Numbered from the stretch's first letter, positions 1 through 13,841 are shown. The stretch is DNA of 64,000 bases from Octopus sinensis (GCF_006345805.1 NC_043000.1:131006001-131070000); one strand, 5' to 3'. Numbers and translations are program-made. Notes: generated by a model not told the origin, from the sequence alone.

Positions 1-487
1 ATAATAATAATTACAATAATAATAATATTAATAATAATAATAATAACAATTATAATAATAATAATAATAAATGCCTTGATGCAGTACCGGGCAGTGGCTC
101 TCATGGTTTTTGATCTTAATTGATTGTTTTGTCTTGGTATAAAAGATGGGCTACAGCAAATATTCTGCTCAATACCACAGATTTCTTTAGGGTTTGAATA
201 ATTCGCCTCTGGAAACATGGGTGTTTCGTTCATCATCCTTAAAACAACCCTTTTTCGAGGACCTTTTGAGTGGGATGGGCTACTCGACCTGAAGAAAATT
301 CTAACTGGGGTCCACCTGCAAGATCATGTGCTGTTTATCTTGATATGAGATCACCATGTGACGCACATATGGTTGTGATGCATGTGCCTGGTGTACCTTT
401 ATCAGACAGGTAGTCATGATGGGTATATTAGGCTTCGTATATTTGTATCCTAGTGTCACTTCGATGGCATGCGCTGCTCTCTCACTC

Positions 488-520
<33 letters not shown>
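1..520. repeat. (AAT)n tracts (1-70, 488-520) flanking a ~420-bp interspersed segment, probably a retroelement fragment inserted in a TAA microsatellite
   Basis: Complex sequence bounded on both sides by (AAT)n; no protein motif recognised. Confidence 0.4.
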
Positions 521-639
521 CTATTGCTAAATTTATATTCCATAGAAGTCTACATTCTGTTACCGCGTGCATATAAATTATACAGTTCTTATAAACTTCA
601 GACTGATCACTTCGTCCTATAAAAGATGCCAAATAGTAC

Positions 640-2080
640 ACATAAAAGCGATATCATTCGACCCATAGTGAATTTTAAAATGCATACTTGTAATTTCTAA
701 GTATAAGGAAAAGATGAAAGATGGAACATAAAAAGTATGGATATTAGTAAAAAATTAAGCTGATAACATGTTAAGAATTATAACAATTTAAATAATGGGG
801 TGGACCTTCCTCATCGGGCCTTACAAATAAAACAGCAAATGCATAAATGATGATGAAAGGAATATATTTCTGTGCTAAATGTATATTTTTCAGGGATTCA
901 TTAATTTCCCAAAACGAAGCCATGGGAATATTCTCGATTAAAAACTAGAAGGAAAATTGCCCAGGTTTAAACGTAACGTAAGCACTAGACGGGCTAACAT
1001 GAGAATAAAGATTTTAAAAAAACGAAACGTATCAAGATTCGAAATAGAAGGCTGAAAAGAAAGAAAACATAACACAAATACAAGCAACAAACACTAAACA
1101 AGCAATGTATTTTTAAAGCATGCGAAACTTAAATCACAAAGATGGACATAACAAGCGCAAAACAGATAAATTAAACATAATACCACCCAAACCCTTGGAG
1201 AGATAGAGAATTCTGATAAACTAAACCCAAATTTGAGCAACACAAAGAAAAATATTAGTAAAAAGAAATATGTGGAAGATTTTAAGAATAGAAATTTCTA
1301 AATATGGAAACCATGAACATAAAAATGTAAATGTGAAAATAATTTCTCAAAATTAAAAGGAATAGATTTCTCTAAGGACCAACGGAGGTATCTTCCAAAG
1401 ATAAAATTTAATAGCAAAATGGCAACAACAATAAAACCTGGCCATTACAGATCTAATAAAACAGACCCGAATATCAATATCACCAGGTTAAAAAAATAAT
1501 ACCTGCTGTTTGCAAGTAATTTGGCTGTGCCATCAGATTCATTCATAATGGAATATCAAAACTCAAGCAAGCAACACGGAAAAGAGACATTAAGAAAACG
1601 ACAGAAGATAAAGGAAAAGATCTCTTAATCCTTAATAGAAATCAATATCATACAATACAACAGAAAAAGGCTAAGACAAACACTACAGAGGTATAATATA
1701 ACAAAGAAAGTATCCAAGTTTTAAAAAGTGTATGAAACTAGTGATCCTGGCTAAATAGTAAAGAATCTGTCAGCATGAAAAGTTTGAACAAAAGAAGCAA
1801 TTCCACACCAACACAAAATGGATTCATCTAGAAGTATGTATAAATAGAATAGAAATGAATTCAAAACATCAACAAGATAAGTAGAATACTTTGAAAAAGC
1901 GTGGGTCGCGAATAAATCACTATCAAGGAATTTTTCAAAACAACGGACCCAGAATCTATGCAGCTGTGAGAGGCCACAAAAAAAAACACAGAGGTCGAGT
2001 AAATGTTGAAATAAGCAACTGGAAAGCACTACATGATAAGATTCCAAAATTTTGGATTCAAATTTTGGCACAAGACCAGC
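640..2080 (+). mobile_element. Highly degenerate Penelope-like RT remnant
   Basis: Scattered motifs in expected order: IIRPIVNF (~653), YIFQG..EAMG (~882-927), KYVEDF (~1267); many stops. Confidence 0.3.
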
Positions 2081-2097
2081 AATTTCGGAAAAGAGAC

Positions 2098-2260
2098 AAG
2101 TCGATAGCTTTGAACCCCAACGCTCAACTGGCACTTATTTTATCGATTCGAAAGGATGAAATGCAAAGCCGACCACTACGAATTTGAACTCAGAATGTAA
2201 AGACGAACGAAATGCCACTAAGCATTTTGCCTGGCGAACTAACAATTCTGCCAGCTTGGT
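2098..2260 (-). mobile_element. SINE family A (tRNA-derived), degenerate
   Basis: Aligns by eye to the younger copies at 16195 and 57168. Confidence 0.7.
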
Positions 2261-3349
2261 ACCCTATAAGATTCTAAAATTTTGATTTAAAAAATATTTA
2301 ACAGGGACACCGAAGGCGCTAGCAGAGATAGTTAATAACATATAGACAAAGCCAGAGACAACACATGACTATCTAACTGACAGGAATACTATTTTAATCT
2401 TCATATATATATATATATTTATATATATATGAAGATTAAAAGAAAATTTAGCAAGTGCTATGTTCTTGAGAACATGCCTTTCTTAGTGGTAAGACCATAG
2501 AGGGTCGACTTCTAGCATTATGGATGTCCACTTTGTGGTCATCCTTCTTATATATATATGTAATATAATTTTTATGATTCTTCAGATTTTTCTATATGCT
2601 AGACCATTGGTTTTAAATTGATATTAATCAAATTAATATTCAGTTTTTCACCCTTATTATTTTAAATTGATATATATACTGGTGCATTCAGATAATCCTC
2701 TTGGTTCAATATCTGTCAGCTGAAACTTTCTGAACAGGAGTATATGGTTGTTTCACTTCCTTTCATATTGGTTAATCGAATTTTGTCTCAATGTGTATCT
2801 AAAGTTCTATTTCAGTTTCTTAATAGGACATAAGTGTGCAAACTTCCCCCCCAGAACGCTTATGGGCGCCTAAAGAAACTTGGCTGTCCTGTCCCGGTCG
2901 GAGCACAGACGGCCACGTCACATGAATTTTGGCGTCATGAAAACGCCTAATATCGTCCCCTTTAGTCTAGTTTTCGGTGTTTGGGGTCGAACTCCACGAA
3001 GGTTTCCTCTTTTGATTGAATATTTTTCTCTGTCATGCTATGTACCTCATCAGTTCATCTTGTTTCTAGTTAGAACAAGAATTTTGTGCATTAGACTGTT
3101 GGCGTTTCTATTACTGCAGTTGCTGTTATTGTTGTTGTTAAGCAATAAGACGGGTAAGGGTTATTAGGTGATGGTCTAGGGCTTAGGGGAGGGATACTCC
3201 AGACCTTGAAAAAAAAAACTTTGGTCATCTTGTTGTAGTCGAGGGCTCTTCATTGACGCCTGACACCACTGGGAGGTGGCCCTCGAAGTCGCTGAAAATG
3301 GAGATCTCCAGGTCCAAATTCTTGAAGGGCTGCTGCAGTTGCTGCTGCT

Positions 3350-3804
3350 GTCTTCTTCCAATCAGAACTCACGCCATTAGCCACAAAGAATAATCTCTAA
3401 TTCGAGCCTACTCTAAGCTACTAAGAATGCGTGTGGCAATTTGAAGATCCACCCACCACACGCGATAGACTGGCGGTTGCACGGGCGCCAAAGCAACGCT
3501 GTTATCCTCATTCCGTAAACGGTGGCTTTTAACGAGTGGAGAGCTTAACCATCCTGGGATACAGAGTATTCGCAATCTAGACTAGTGTCTGAAAGTTTAC
3601 CATACCATAGTGGGTTACACCATGGTTCCTCTGCTTTGTGGCAGAAGTAGGAAGAAAGAGTGAGAGAAAGTTGTGGTGAAAGAGCCTCGTGGAGCTTAGG
3701 TGTTTTTGCTCAATAAACATTCACAATGCCCGGTCTGGGAATCGAAACCGCGTTCTTACGACCGCGAGTCTGCTGCCCTAACCACTGGGCCATTGTGCCT
3801 CCAC
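3350..3804 (-). mobile_element. SINE head C with (GAA)n-ending tail
   Basis: tRNA-like head GTGGAGGC(G/A)CAATGGCCCAGTGGTTAGGGCAGC; near-identical to copies at 10098 and 12711. Confidence 0.85.
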
Positions 3805-3939
3805 TGCTGTTGTTGTTGTCACCGTTATTGTTGCTATTGTTGTTTTCATTGTTTTGTTCTTAATTTTTGTTTCTTTTCTTGTGGCTGCTACAGTTTGTTT
3901 CTGTACTGTTGCTTTTGTTGATGGTGTCTTTGCAGATTT

Positions 3940-4135
3940 GGTTGTTGCTGTTGTTGTTGTTGTTGTTGTTGTTCTGGTACTAGTAATGGTGGTGGTGGTT
4001 GTGGTGGTGGTGGTGGTGGTGGTGGTGGTGGTGGTAGTGGTGCTGGTGCTGGTGCTGGTGCTGCTGCTGCTGGTGCTGGTGGTGCTGGTGTTGCTGGTGG
4101 TGCTGGTTATGTTGGTAGTGATGCTGGTGGTGTTG
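3940..4135. repeat. Compound microsatellite (GTT)n/(GGT)n/(GCTGGT)n
   Basis: Direct inspection; produces a spurious poly-V/L ORF. Confidence 0.95.
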
Positions 4136-5976
4136 ATATGTAGCTGGTCAATGGCCCAGTTGTTGCTCCGTCAAACATTTCACTTTTTAGCTACGGGCAG
4201 CCATTTTTTGTCTCTACACCACGATGACATTTTGCGATAGGCTCGTCTCCACTTCGTCACTCGATGAAGACTCGGATCGAAGAGGACTGAGAGAGATGGA
4301 AGAGGTATTCATGAAAGCGAATGATGGTGTGAGCCAAGACCTCTTGCTGTGTTTTTTTTTGCCTTTATATTATTATCACTTGCCATCATGGAAACACTAT
4401 AAATGTTAGGAATGCCTCTTCACTGCAGTCAGGTTATCAAAAGTTAGGTAAATCGAACCTGTTCAGTTGACTTTGTAACGGATTAATACTGTACGAAAGA
4501 GTTGATCATCGATCAATAATTCCAATGTTGTTTGTTGTTATAGTCTTGCAGAAACGATAGGCGTGCAATGTTGAAAAGAAAGATTGCTAGAAGATAGTTG
4601 GAAGCAGTTTCAGAATATGTATAGACTCAAAACGAGAAGAAAAATAACACAAGGTGAATTAGATTTTCGTGATCAGAGATAAGTTGACCACTTCTGATGA
4701 AAAACAAAATTTGAATTAAAAACAGGAACATTGTTGTTTGGTTTGCTTTACAATGGGGGATCTTTCTTTTTATGTTTATTAATTTTCAGTGAATTGAGTT
4801 ATTGAATAAAAAAAACGTAGTAGTGGTACCCAGAATGTTACATATTCTTAGAAATAAGCAAGACATGGCGGTTGTATTAACTGTTAGAACGACTTACGTA
4901 TAAAGTATTTCACTAGCTTTGTAATGGTTCCAAGGTGAAAGTGTTTGTAACTGTTGCTTGTATTGATATTTCTAATATTCTTCATTGTATTTTGTTGCTC
5001 TTTTTATTCCTGTTATTTTAATCCTGCTTTCCATGAGGGAGCTGATCTATGGTACACAGGTGGCTATTCTAAATAAACAAGTACTTTATCATATTGACTG
5101 CAGTCTGGTAGTCTGGCTTTGTTTCATGTAATTTCTTATTATTCTTTTCTGTCTATAGAGCAAGGTTTGTGACGTGATATTGATCAGAGCATAGCGGTTG
5201 TTATTCTTTTGCATTCATCCCTGATAATATACTTCCTGACACTGTGTACGACACTTAACAAGATCATTGGTGCCGCAACCACTTTGTGTGTATGTATTTT
5301 TCTTTCTCTAAACATAGTGGAACGGATAATCCTTTTACGATGATATTGTAATGGTTGTAATAGTTTGGGATGCTACGAATAACTGTAAGTGTGATCATAT
5401 GTAGAAACCCTTTCATGTACAGATGGTCTCTCATTTTGAGTATATTTTAGTTGAATATTTGGTCAATATATATGGTCTGTGTGTAGCCATATGATGATGT
5501 TATATACACTTTTTATGTTCTCTGTAATTTTTTGAGATTTGTTGTAGTAGAGATTGTTTATAAGTGTTTGGGTTTTCTGTTGACTGTTTCTATGGTTTGA
5601 TTTGAGTGTTTGTCTATCGTGTTTCACTTGTAACCATCTCGCTTTTATTAATATTACTTTTGCCTGACATATTTGTCGGATTATAGCAGAGATTTGTTAT
5701 AGTAGAGATATAGTAAGACTGTCACTTAGTGGGATGGGATATTTTCCTGAAGCTTCTACAGTTATTTTATTAAAATACAGATTGCTGTGTCTGTATTAGT
5801 GGCGATTGTTGTGGTGTTGAAATCTGTGAACTCTAATTCTACCGCTTCATGAAATTATTCCACTGGAGTGTTTTTAAGATTGAGATTGATTCTGTTTTCT
5901 TTATTGAAGTGTGAATGTAATGATAATAGACAGCTGGTTGCAAGACAGATACACTTTGTTATAAAGTCTTGGTAGC

Positions 5977-6392
5977 TAGGAGTGGATGTGTGGTAAGTAG
6001 CTTGCTTACCAACCACATGGTTCCGGGTTCAGTCCCACTGCGTGGCACCTTGGGCAAGTGTCTTCTACTATAGCCTCGCGCCGACCAAAGCCTTGTGAGT
6101 GGATTTGGTTGACGGAAACTGAAAGAAGCCCGTTGTATATATGTATATGTATATATATATATGTGTGTGTATGTATGTTTGTGTGTCTGTGTTTGCCCCA
6201 TCCCCCCCAACATCGCTTGACAACCGATGCTGGTGTGTTTACGTCTCCGTAACTTAGCGGTTCGCAAAACAGACCGATAGACTAAGTACTAGGCTTACAA
6301 AGAGTAAGTCCTGGGGTCGATTTGCTCGACTAAATACGGTGCTCCAGCATGACCACAGTCAAATGACTGAAACAAGTAAAAGAGTAAAAGAG
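5977..6392 (+). mobile_element. SINE family B (tRNA head, CORE-like ACCTTGGGCAAGT, internal TA/TG tract, AGTAAAAG tail)
   Basis: At least seven near-identical copies in the window. Confidence 0.9.
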
Positions 6393-9244
6393 CTAGAAGT
6401 GTAACGCATGGCTGATGTCTGAATGAGTTGCTGTAGTTAGTTTTGCAACGTGTTTGCAATGTATGGGTTGTTTCGGATATAAAGAGAATTTAGTTGCAAT
6501 GCGCTGCATTTCATTTTGTATTGTCTTTAATTTTTGTAACAGGATTTTTTTTTGTATATTGAAGTCTTTGATAATGGCGTTTGATGGAGTTCTAGTTTTT
6601 TTTAGGAAACTGTGTAACCGAGTTGGAGAAGATTGTTCAGATTTCTTTAACAGCTCTTTGGATATATTAGTAGTCACTGTTGTGCATTGGTTTAAATACA
6701 AGTACATTGGTTATTTCTTCTGTGGTCGTCTCGGTTATGAGCCTCGCATCAATCCTGATCAAGCAGACCTGTGATCAAAAGCATTCTCTTCGTGTACAAC
6801 TGGACATTTTCTTCCCAGTCGACTCCTAAGATTCCATCATTCAATGTAATCTAGTTTTCCTGAAAACTGTTGGTTGAGATTTGAAAGAGATTTTACTGCT
6901 ATTTCTTGTGGTCAAGCTAGCTGATAGCAGTTCTTCCGTTGGCTCGTCAGCTTGTGGTTATTGTTGTATTCACATCAGGATCGTTGTGGAAGCTTGTGAC
7001 TTTAACAGAAGACAATATCACTTCTACTTTCCTATTGTGTTTTGATGTGATTCGAAGTGTGATTGAATGAATGGGTTGTTATTTAGTACTTTTTACTTTC
7101 TGTTTATAAGTGTTTGGGTTTTATGTTGACTGTTTCTATGATTTTATAGCTTGTTTTGTTTAAGATCTCCACTCGGTATTAATCCGCGGTTTGATTTGAG
7201 TGTTTGTCTATCGTGTTTCACTTGTAACCATCTCGCTTTTATTAATATTACTTTTGCCTGACATATTTGTCGGATTAAACTTTTCTATATCTCATCCTTT
7301 TTAAGATGGTATGAAGTAATTTGAGGGAGATTTAGCTGCTAAATATAGTAAGATGAGCAACCGTGAATAGGTTTCTTCGTTGGTTCATTTTCTTCTTTTA
7401 TAGCCATTGATTGTGTTACTGGTGCGTTGATTTTATCGCTAATGGTATTTCAGTTTCTCTTATTGATTTTACTTCATTCCTAGTTGAAGAAACCAAAGAA
7501 AAAAATGCTATTTTGCCTTTTCATTGTTGAAAATAAAAACAAAACTAATTAAAGGAAACCCTACTTTATCCGAAGTAAGCTATATTTGTTGAAATTAAAT
7601 AAATTGGCCACAGGAGAAGACCATCTGAAATACTATACACTTCTTGCTAACAAGTTTAGTGCTGTAATCTGTGTCCGTTATTGCCTTCTTCTTTTCTTTC
7701 TCTCCCTTTCTTTCGAATAGTTGACCTGTCAATTTCTCTTGTCGCCTTGAAAGATTCTTTATATTTCATTATTGTCTTCTTCCTTCTGATGTTCTCGTTG
7801 CTGTTTAGCCCTAGGTCAACCCTAGTCGCAGACTTATAATCAAAAGTGTTCAAGCTATACCCAATCCGTCTTCTTTTTGTTTTTTGTTTTCTTTTCTTTT
7901 TTGAACGTATGTAGGATTATGATATCCATCTTTATTACCATTACTTTTTTAAGATGTCATGCTATGATTTGAGTAAAATTTGGCTGCTACTTCTGTCATT
8001 TTAAATGACTACATAGAGGATACCTTGGTTGGATGGGGTTTAGTGCGACTCTTAATATTAATTTCGAGCAAGGACACAATATTTCATTTTGCAACCATAA
8101 TATACAACCGAGTATATTAAAGGTTTAAAATCAATAATATTTATTGCTGCTTTTGTGCTAGAAGGCCGATGTTTCCATTTTTAAGTTCATTTCCACAGGT
8201 TTTCTATAGAGTCTAGAGACAGCACTGGAGGTTTACGGCATTTCACATACGAATACGTTTACGAAATGTATTCGAAACGTCGTAATTTTCAATGCTGATT
8301 CTGAGCTCTATAGAAAATCTACTGAGATTAAAATTTAATTAGTTAAATAAATCGAGCAAAATGGCTCCAGCCAGGAAGAAACGTCGACTCCGCTCATCGA
8401 GAACTAAACTCCAATGTATGACAATCGTCATAAGCTGTTAAACTTAACTTTATCCTCTTACACACTGAGACGTGAAAACACGTGGCCAAATATTAAAGCG
8501 TATGGCTCCTGATTGTGAGTTCGATTCCTGGATCGGGTGGCGCATAGTTTGTTTTTGTTTGGTTTTTTTTTGGTTTTTGGTTTTTGGTTTTTTGTAAGGC
8601 AAAACTTGAAATGAATAGCAGTAACACCTACGGAATTAACCCTGCGATTGTTGCTGTCCTGTTGGAAAGGAGACTTGTACGCTCAGTCGTGGAAATACGA
8701 GTCAATTCCGGCCTGATGAGCCTGCAGTCTCGATACTAGTGTTCTGAGTTCGAATGCCTTAGCCTTTAAATTGCAATATTGATAAACATCACCTTGTACA
8801 GGACCTGTTCAAGAGACTACATTCATTCTTCCAATAAAAGTATTAGAATCTTCAAACTAAACTTTGCCTTTCGTCCCGCAGGGATAGATACCAGTCGAGT
8901 ACAGAGGTCGAGTTAATTGAGAAAACTCTTCTCTCCAGATTTTTGGGCCACGTCAAAATCGTTACTGCATCGGGAAACATATTTTGCGGTTTTCCTGATA
9001 TGAGTTCAGATCGTCGTCATCATCATCATCGTCATCGTCATCGTCATCATTGTCTTCAACGACGTTGTCCATATTGTCATTCCAAGATGAACACAATATA
9101 TACAGTGGCTAAACTGAACTTTCTCAAATCAAATGGAATGATATATAATCATATACTTCAGTGGTTCCCAACCTGTGGTCCACAAAGGTAGTACTGGGGG
9201 TCCGTGAACTAAATTCAAAATTTCATATATATGTGGGGGGCAGT

Positions 9245-9567
9245 ACCCCGTCGGTTACGACGACGAGGGTCCTAGTTGATACGATCAATGGAACAGCTTG
9301 CTCGTGAAATTAACGTGCAAGTGGCTGAGCACTCCACAGACACGTGTACTCTTAACGCAGTTCTTAGGGAGATTCAGCGTGACACAAAGAGTGACAAGGC
9401 TGGCCCTTTGAAATACAGATATTACTCATTTTTGCCAGCTGAGTGGACTGGAGCAACGTGAAAAGTAAAGTGTCTTGCTCAAGGACACAACGCGTCGCCG
9501 GAAATTGAACTCACGACCTTACGATCATGAGTCGAATGCCCTAACCACTAAGACCCGCGCCTTCGCA

Positions 9568-9568
<1 letters not shown>
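9245..9568 (-). mobile_element. SINE head D with CGTCGTAACCG tail
   Basis: tRNA-like head with A/B boxes; matches copy at 11926. Confidence 0.85.
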
Positions 9569-9646
<78 letters not shown>

Positions 9647-9648
9647 AC

Positions 9649-9900
9649 ATTGGGCTGGTGCATAATTATTGCGGCTTTTTTTCAACAAATTTTATTCAAC
9701 AAAAACAATAACAATATTTAACAAAAACATATTTAAATGACGGTCTGACCGTCTGCCAAGCAAATGAGAGACAGTAATTGAAGTAGATGGTGAATATGCT
9801 CCGGAATAATCATTTAAAGATGTTTTTATTACATGTTGTTATTCTTTTTGCTGAATAAAATTTATTGAAAAAAGCCGCAATAATTATGCACCAGCCCAAT
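9649..9900. mobile_element. Mariner-type MITE
   Basis: ~50-bp terminal inverted repeats ATTGGGCTGGTGCATAATTATTGCGGC...GCCGCAATAATTATGCACCAGCCCAAT. Confidence 0.85.
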
Positions 9901-10097
9901 ACGTAAGGATAGGTACATTAAAAGGAGTCCGTGGGAAAACACATTTGAATAAAATGGGTCCTTGGTTGTGATAGAGGTAAAAGTTCATGCATGCAACTAT
10001 ATGCGACTACATATGAGTACGCGCATGTATGAGTACACGTATGTATGTGTATGCGTATGCTTGTATGTGTGAACGTAACAACCTGTGTGTGGCTGCG

Positions 10098-10615
10098 CTT
10101 CTTCTTTTTCTTCTTCTTCTTCTTCTTCTTCTTCCAATCAGGACTCACGCCATTAGCCACAAAGAATAATCTCTAATTCGAGCCTACTCTAAGCTACTAA
10201 GAATGCGTGTGGCAACTTGAAGATCCACCCATCACACGCGATAGACTGGCGGTGGCACGGGCGCCAAAACTACGTTGTTATCCTCATTCCGTAAACGGTG
10301 GCTTTTAACGGGTGGAGAGCTGAACCATCCTGGGGTACAGAGGATTCGCAATCTAGACTAGGGTCTGAAAGTTTACCACACCACAGTGGGTTACACCATG
10401 GCTCTTCTGCTTTGTGGCAGAAGTAGGAAGAAAGAGTGAGAGAAAGTTGTGGTTAAAGAGTACAGCGGGGTTCATCCCCCACTCCACCGCCGAAGCCTCG
10501 TGAAGCTTAGGTATTTTTGCTCAATAAACACTCACAATGCTCGGTCTGGGAATCGAAACCGCGTTCTTACGACCGCGAGTCCGCTGCCCTAACCACTGGG
10601 CCATTGCGCCTCCAC
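10098..10615 (-). mobile_element. SINE head C with (GAA)n tail
   Basis: TSD TGGCTGCGCTT on both sides; matches 3350 and 12711. Confidence 0.9.
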
Positions 10616-10921
10616 TATGGCTGCGCTTGACTGCTAACAAACAACGATATTTGTAGTTTATTGTGTTCAACAGTTTGTGTGACCCGTTAAATTAGTAAAG
10701 AAAATAAATATTCTATCATTAATTCCTTTATTATTTTTTGTATCTCCTAAGAGCCGACTGTGAACTTTGGACAATGGTTCTATTTAAACTATAAAGCAAT
10801 TAAACATTGTCGTTAAATTTTAATGCATTATTTCAAATAATTTTTGAATTAATGATTTCGATTTGAATTTATAATATTTTTCTTCGACTTTTTTCTTTCA
10901 CTTTATTTAAATTAAACAGTA

Positions 10922-10922
10922 A

Positions 10923-10983
<61 letters not shown>

Positions 10984-11008
10984 TAATAATAATAATAATA
11001 ATAATAAA
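10922..11008. repeat. (AAT)n microsatellite
   Basis: Direct inspection. Confidence 0.95.
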
Positions 11009-11364
11009 TATATAAATAAATGGGATATGTTTTGTTTGGCTATTTTTCTTTTATTTATTTATTTTTTTTTCGTTTTTGTTTGATTTCTTTGTTTGTATGC
11101 TCATCTCCTGTTTGTTGCTATTTTACTTTGTTTTTGCTATTGAACAGAGCTTTCAATGTTGTACAAAAGACATTTTAAAAAGTAACACGAGACTTTCGAG
11201 AAGGTTACAAGACTTTTCCAGACTGTTCCATCGATGCGAAAGTCTGAAATAATTTTTAAAATGAACAAAACTCGTCTTTTAACTTTACATTTGTTCAATT
11301 CCGTTTTATTCACGGTTTTGTAATTTGTTTGTGTGTATGTGCATGTGTGTGTATAATGTGTGTA

Positions 11365-11396
<32 letters not shown>

Positions 11397-11490
11397 TGTG
11401 TTCTTGGTGCTATTCGTTCATTCATTGTTGTTGGAATTGTGCTTGTTGCTGTGCTTGTTAATAGCAGTTATTGCTGTTTAAATTGTTCAA

Positions 11491-11600
11491 CATGATGGTG
11501 ATTTCAACGACGATGATGATGATGACGACGACGACGACGATGATGATGATGATGATGATAATGATGATGATGATGATGATGATGATGGTGATGATGATGG

Positions 11601-11644
<44 letters not shown>

Positions 11645-11915
11645 ATGATAATGATGATGATTATGATGATGATTATGATGATGATGATGGTGATGATGAT
11701 GATTATGATGATGATGATGGTGATGATGATGATGATGATGATGATGATGTTGATGTTGATGATGATGATGGTGATGATGACGACGAGGACGATGATGATT
11801 ATGATAATGATGATGATGATGATGATGTTGATGATGGTGATGATGATGATGGTGATGGTGATGATCATCATGATCATGATGATCATCATGATCATCATGA
11901 TCATGACGATGATGA
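11491..11915. repeat. ~425-bp (ATG)n microsatellite
   Basis: Direct inspection; source of poly-M/H/I ORFs. Confidence 0.95.
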
Positions 11916-11925
11916 CTAAAAAAAA

Positions 11926-12246
11926 GACTCCGCCGGTTACGACGACGAGGGTCCCAGCTGATACGATCAACGGAACAGCTTGCTCGTGAAATTAACGTGC
12001 AAATGGCTGAGCATTCCACAGACACGTGTACCCTTAACGTAGTTCTCGGGGATAATCAGCGTGACACAGAGAGTGACAAGGCTGACCCTTTGAAATACAA
12101 GTACAACTCATTTTTGCCAGCTGAGTGGACTGGAGCAACGTGAAATAAAGTGTCTTGCTCAAGGACACAACGCGTCGCCGGGAATCGAACTCACAACCTT
12201 ACGATCATGAGCCGAATGCCCTAACCACTAAGCCACGCGCCCTCAC
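11926..12246 (-). mobile_element. SINE head D with CGTCGTAACCG tail
   Basis: Matches copy at 9245. Confidence 0.85.
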
Positions 12247-12710
12247 CGATGATGACTACAAAAACGACGACAACACCAACACCATCACGATGATGATTAT
12301 AACGGAGAGAAGGTGGAGGATCAACATTATTATTATCATTAACAACCCTACCATCCACTGAATCATCATCAATGCCTCACCTGCCCCGATGATTGATGCT
12401 CAGTGCCATCAGCGATCCAACGAAGAAAAACTCAGTGTACTCGATCGTGTCTTTTAGAAATAACAGCCAAATCTTTAAGTCCCATTCTATTTTTCCAAAA
12501 GCAAAAAAAAAACACGTTGGAAAAAGAGCGGCATGATTATAGCTGAAATACATTTGACCATAGGTCTTACCTGAAGAGGACTGACTTGGGTTTGAACAGC
12601 CACAACATTTTCGTTGCTATCACCATCGTCAGTGCTACCGTCGTCATCATCATCATTACCAGTATCGTCGGTGTAGTTTGGTTGATCGTTGGTTCTAGAG
12701 TTGCTGTTGT

Positions 12711-13198
12711 CTTCTTCTTCTTCTTCTTTCTTCTTCTTCTTCTTCTAATCAGGACTCACGTCATTAGCCACAAACAATAATCTCTAATTCGAGCCTACTC
12801 TAAGCTACTAAGAATGCGTGCGGCAACTTGAAGATCCACCCATCACACGCCATAGACTGGCGGTCGCACGGGCGCGAAAGCAACGCTGTTATCCTCATTC
12901 CGTAAACGGTGGCTTTTAACGGATGGACAGCTGAACCATCCTGAGGTACCGAGGATTCGCAATCTAGACTAGGGTCTGAAAATTTACCACACCATAGTGT
13001 GTTCCTCTGCTTTGTGGCAGAAGTGGGAAGAAAGAGAGAAAGTTGTGGTGAAAGAGTACACCACCCACCCCGCCGGAGCCTCATGGAGCTTAGGTGTTTT
13101 TGCTCAATAAACACTCACAATACCCGGTCTAGGAATCGAAACTGCGTTTTTACGACTGCGAGTTCGCTGCCCTAACCACTGGGCCATTGCGCCTCCAC
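12711..13198 (-). mobile_element. SINE head C with (GAA)n tail
   Basis: TSD GTTGCTGTTGT; matches 10098. Confidence 0.9.
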
Positions 13199-13265
13199 GT
13201 TGCTGTTGTTTGTCAGTTTCGGAACCTAAACTAATATAACGTAGATGTGCTAGACAACCGTGTGG

Positions 13266-13462
13266 AATTAGAAAATTACTATTTTTAAATCTCACAGACC
13301 GTGTCGTATAGCCAGCTGGAGACGATGTCTCCTGGGACAAAATTACAGCAACATTCGTCCTAGACCGGGACTGCCATGTTATGTTGGCAAACAATCTTTA
13401 CTACAAAGTACTGTTGTTGAATATCTCACGTTGTGAGATTTAAAAATAGTAATTTTCTAATT
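13266..13462. mobile_element. Small inverted-repeat element (MITE-like)
   Basis: Perfect 31-bp inverted repeat AATTAGAAAATTACTATTTTTAAATCTCACA at 13266-13296 / 13432-13462. Confidence 0.7.
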
Positions 13463-13560
13463 TATAAAACTATAAACTATATAAAACTATAAGACTATAA
13501 TATGAAAACTATACATTTCGAACGGGAATTTGGCAGCGTCACCTCTAGCCGAACAATTAT

Positions 13561-13603
13561 TCTGTGCTGATGAAGGGAAATAACCCGGAAATCGCTAAAG
13601 AAT
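13561..13603 (+). ncRNA. Minimal hammerhead-ribozyme-like motif
   Basis: CTGATGA-aggg aaataa cccg-GAAA-tcgc-TA; stem I weak. Confidence 0.45.
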
Positions 13604-13841
13604 GAAGAGTGGTACCATCTGAAAAGTAGGCCTCTGGTGTATAGAAGGAAGAGGGCAGTGGATAGGACCGAACTCTGGGATATAGTAGTTTTGACAGAAT
13701 GTGGGTCGAGGAGGGCATCAGCAGCACATGCCGTGAGGGTGCGATCCGATAGGAAGCCGTCAGTTAAAGAGACGAGAGACGGATACAACCCACAGGCGGT
13801 TATTTTTAATAAGAGATTAGGGTTAGGGTTATCACCATCAC

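Noticed and set aside
2928-2946. TGGCGTCA primer-binding-site-like motif
   Set aside because: No LTR pair or gag/pol sequence found nearby.
3720-3804. tRNA genes at SINE heads (also families A, B, D)
   Set aside because: tRNA-derived SINE heads with poor acceptor pairing, attached to SINE bodies and TSDs.
3854-4240. Hydrophobic membrane-like ORF
   Set aside because: Compound trinucleotide repeat.
5255-5285. GCGTNDL (SGNH-like) on the minus strand
   Set aside because: No other esterase blocks in consistent orientation; too short to call.
8712-8740. CTGATGAG motif
   Set aside because: No GAAA or stems; end of a degenerate SINE.
11458-12025. Poly-His/Met/Ile ORFs of 170+ aa
   Set aside because: Translations of an (ATG)n microsatellite running into a SINE.
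13817-13831. TTAGGG repeats
   Set aside because: Only about 2.5 units at the edge of a (CAT)n tract.
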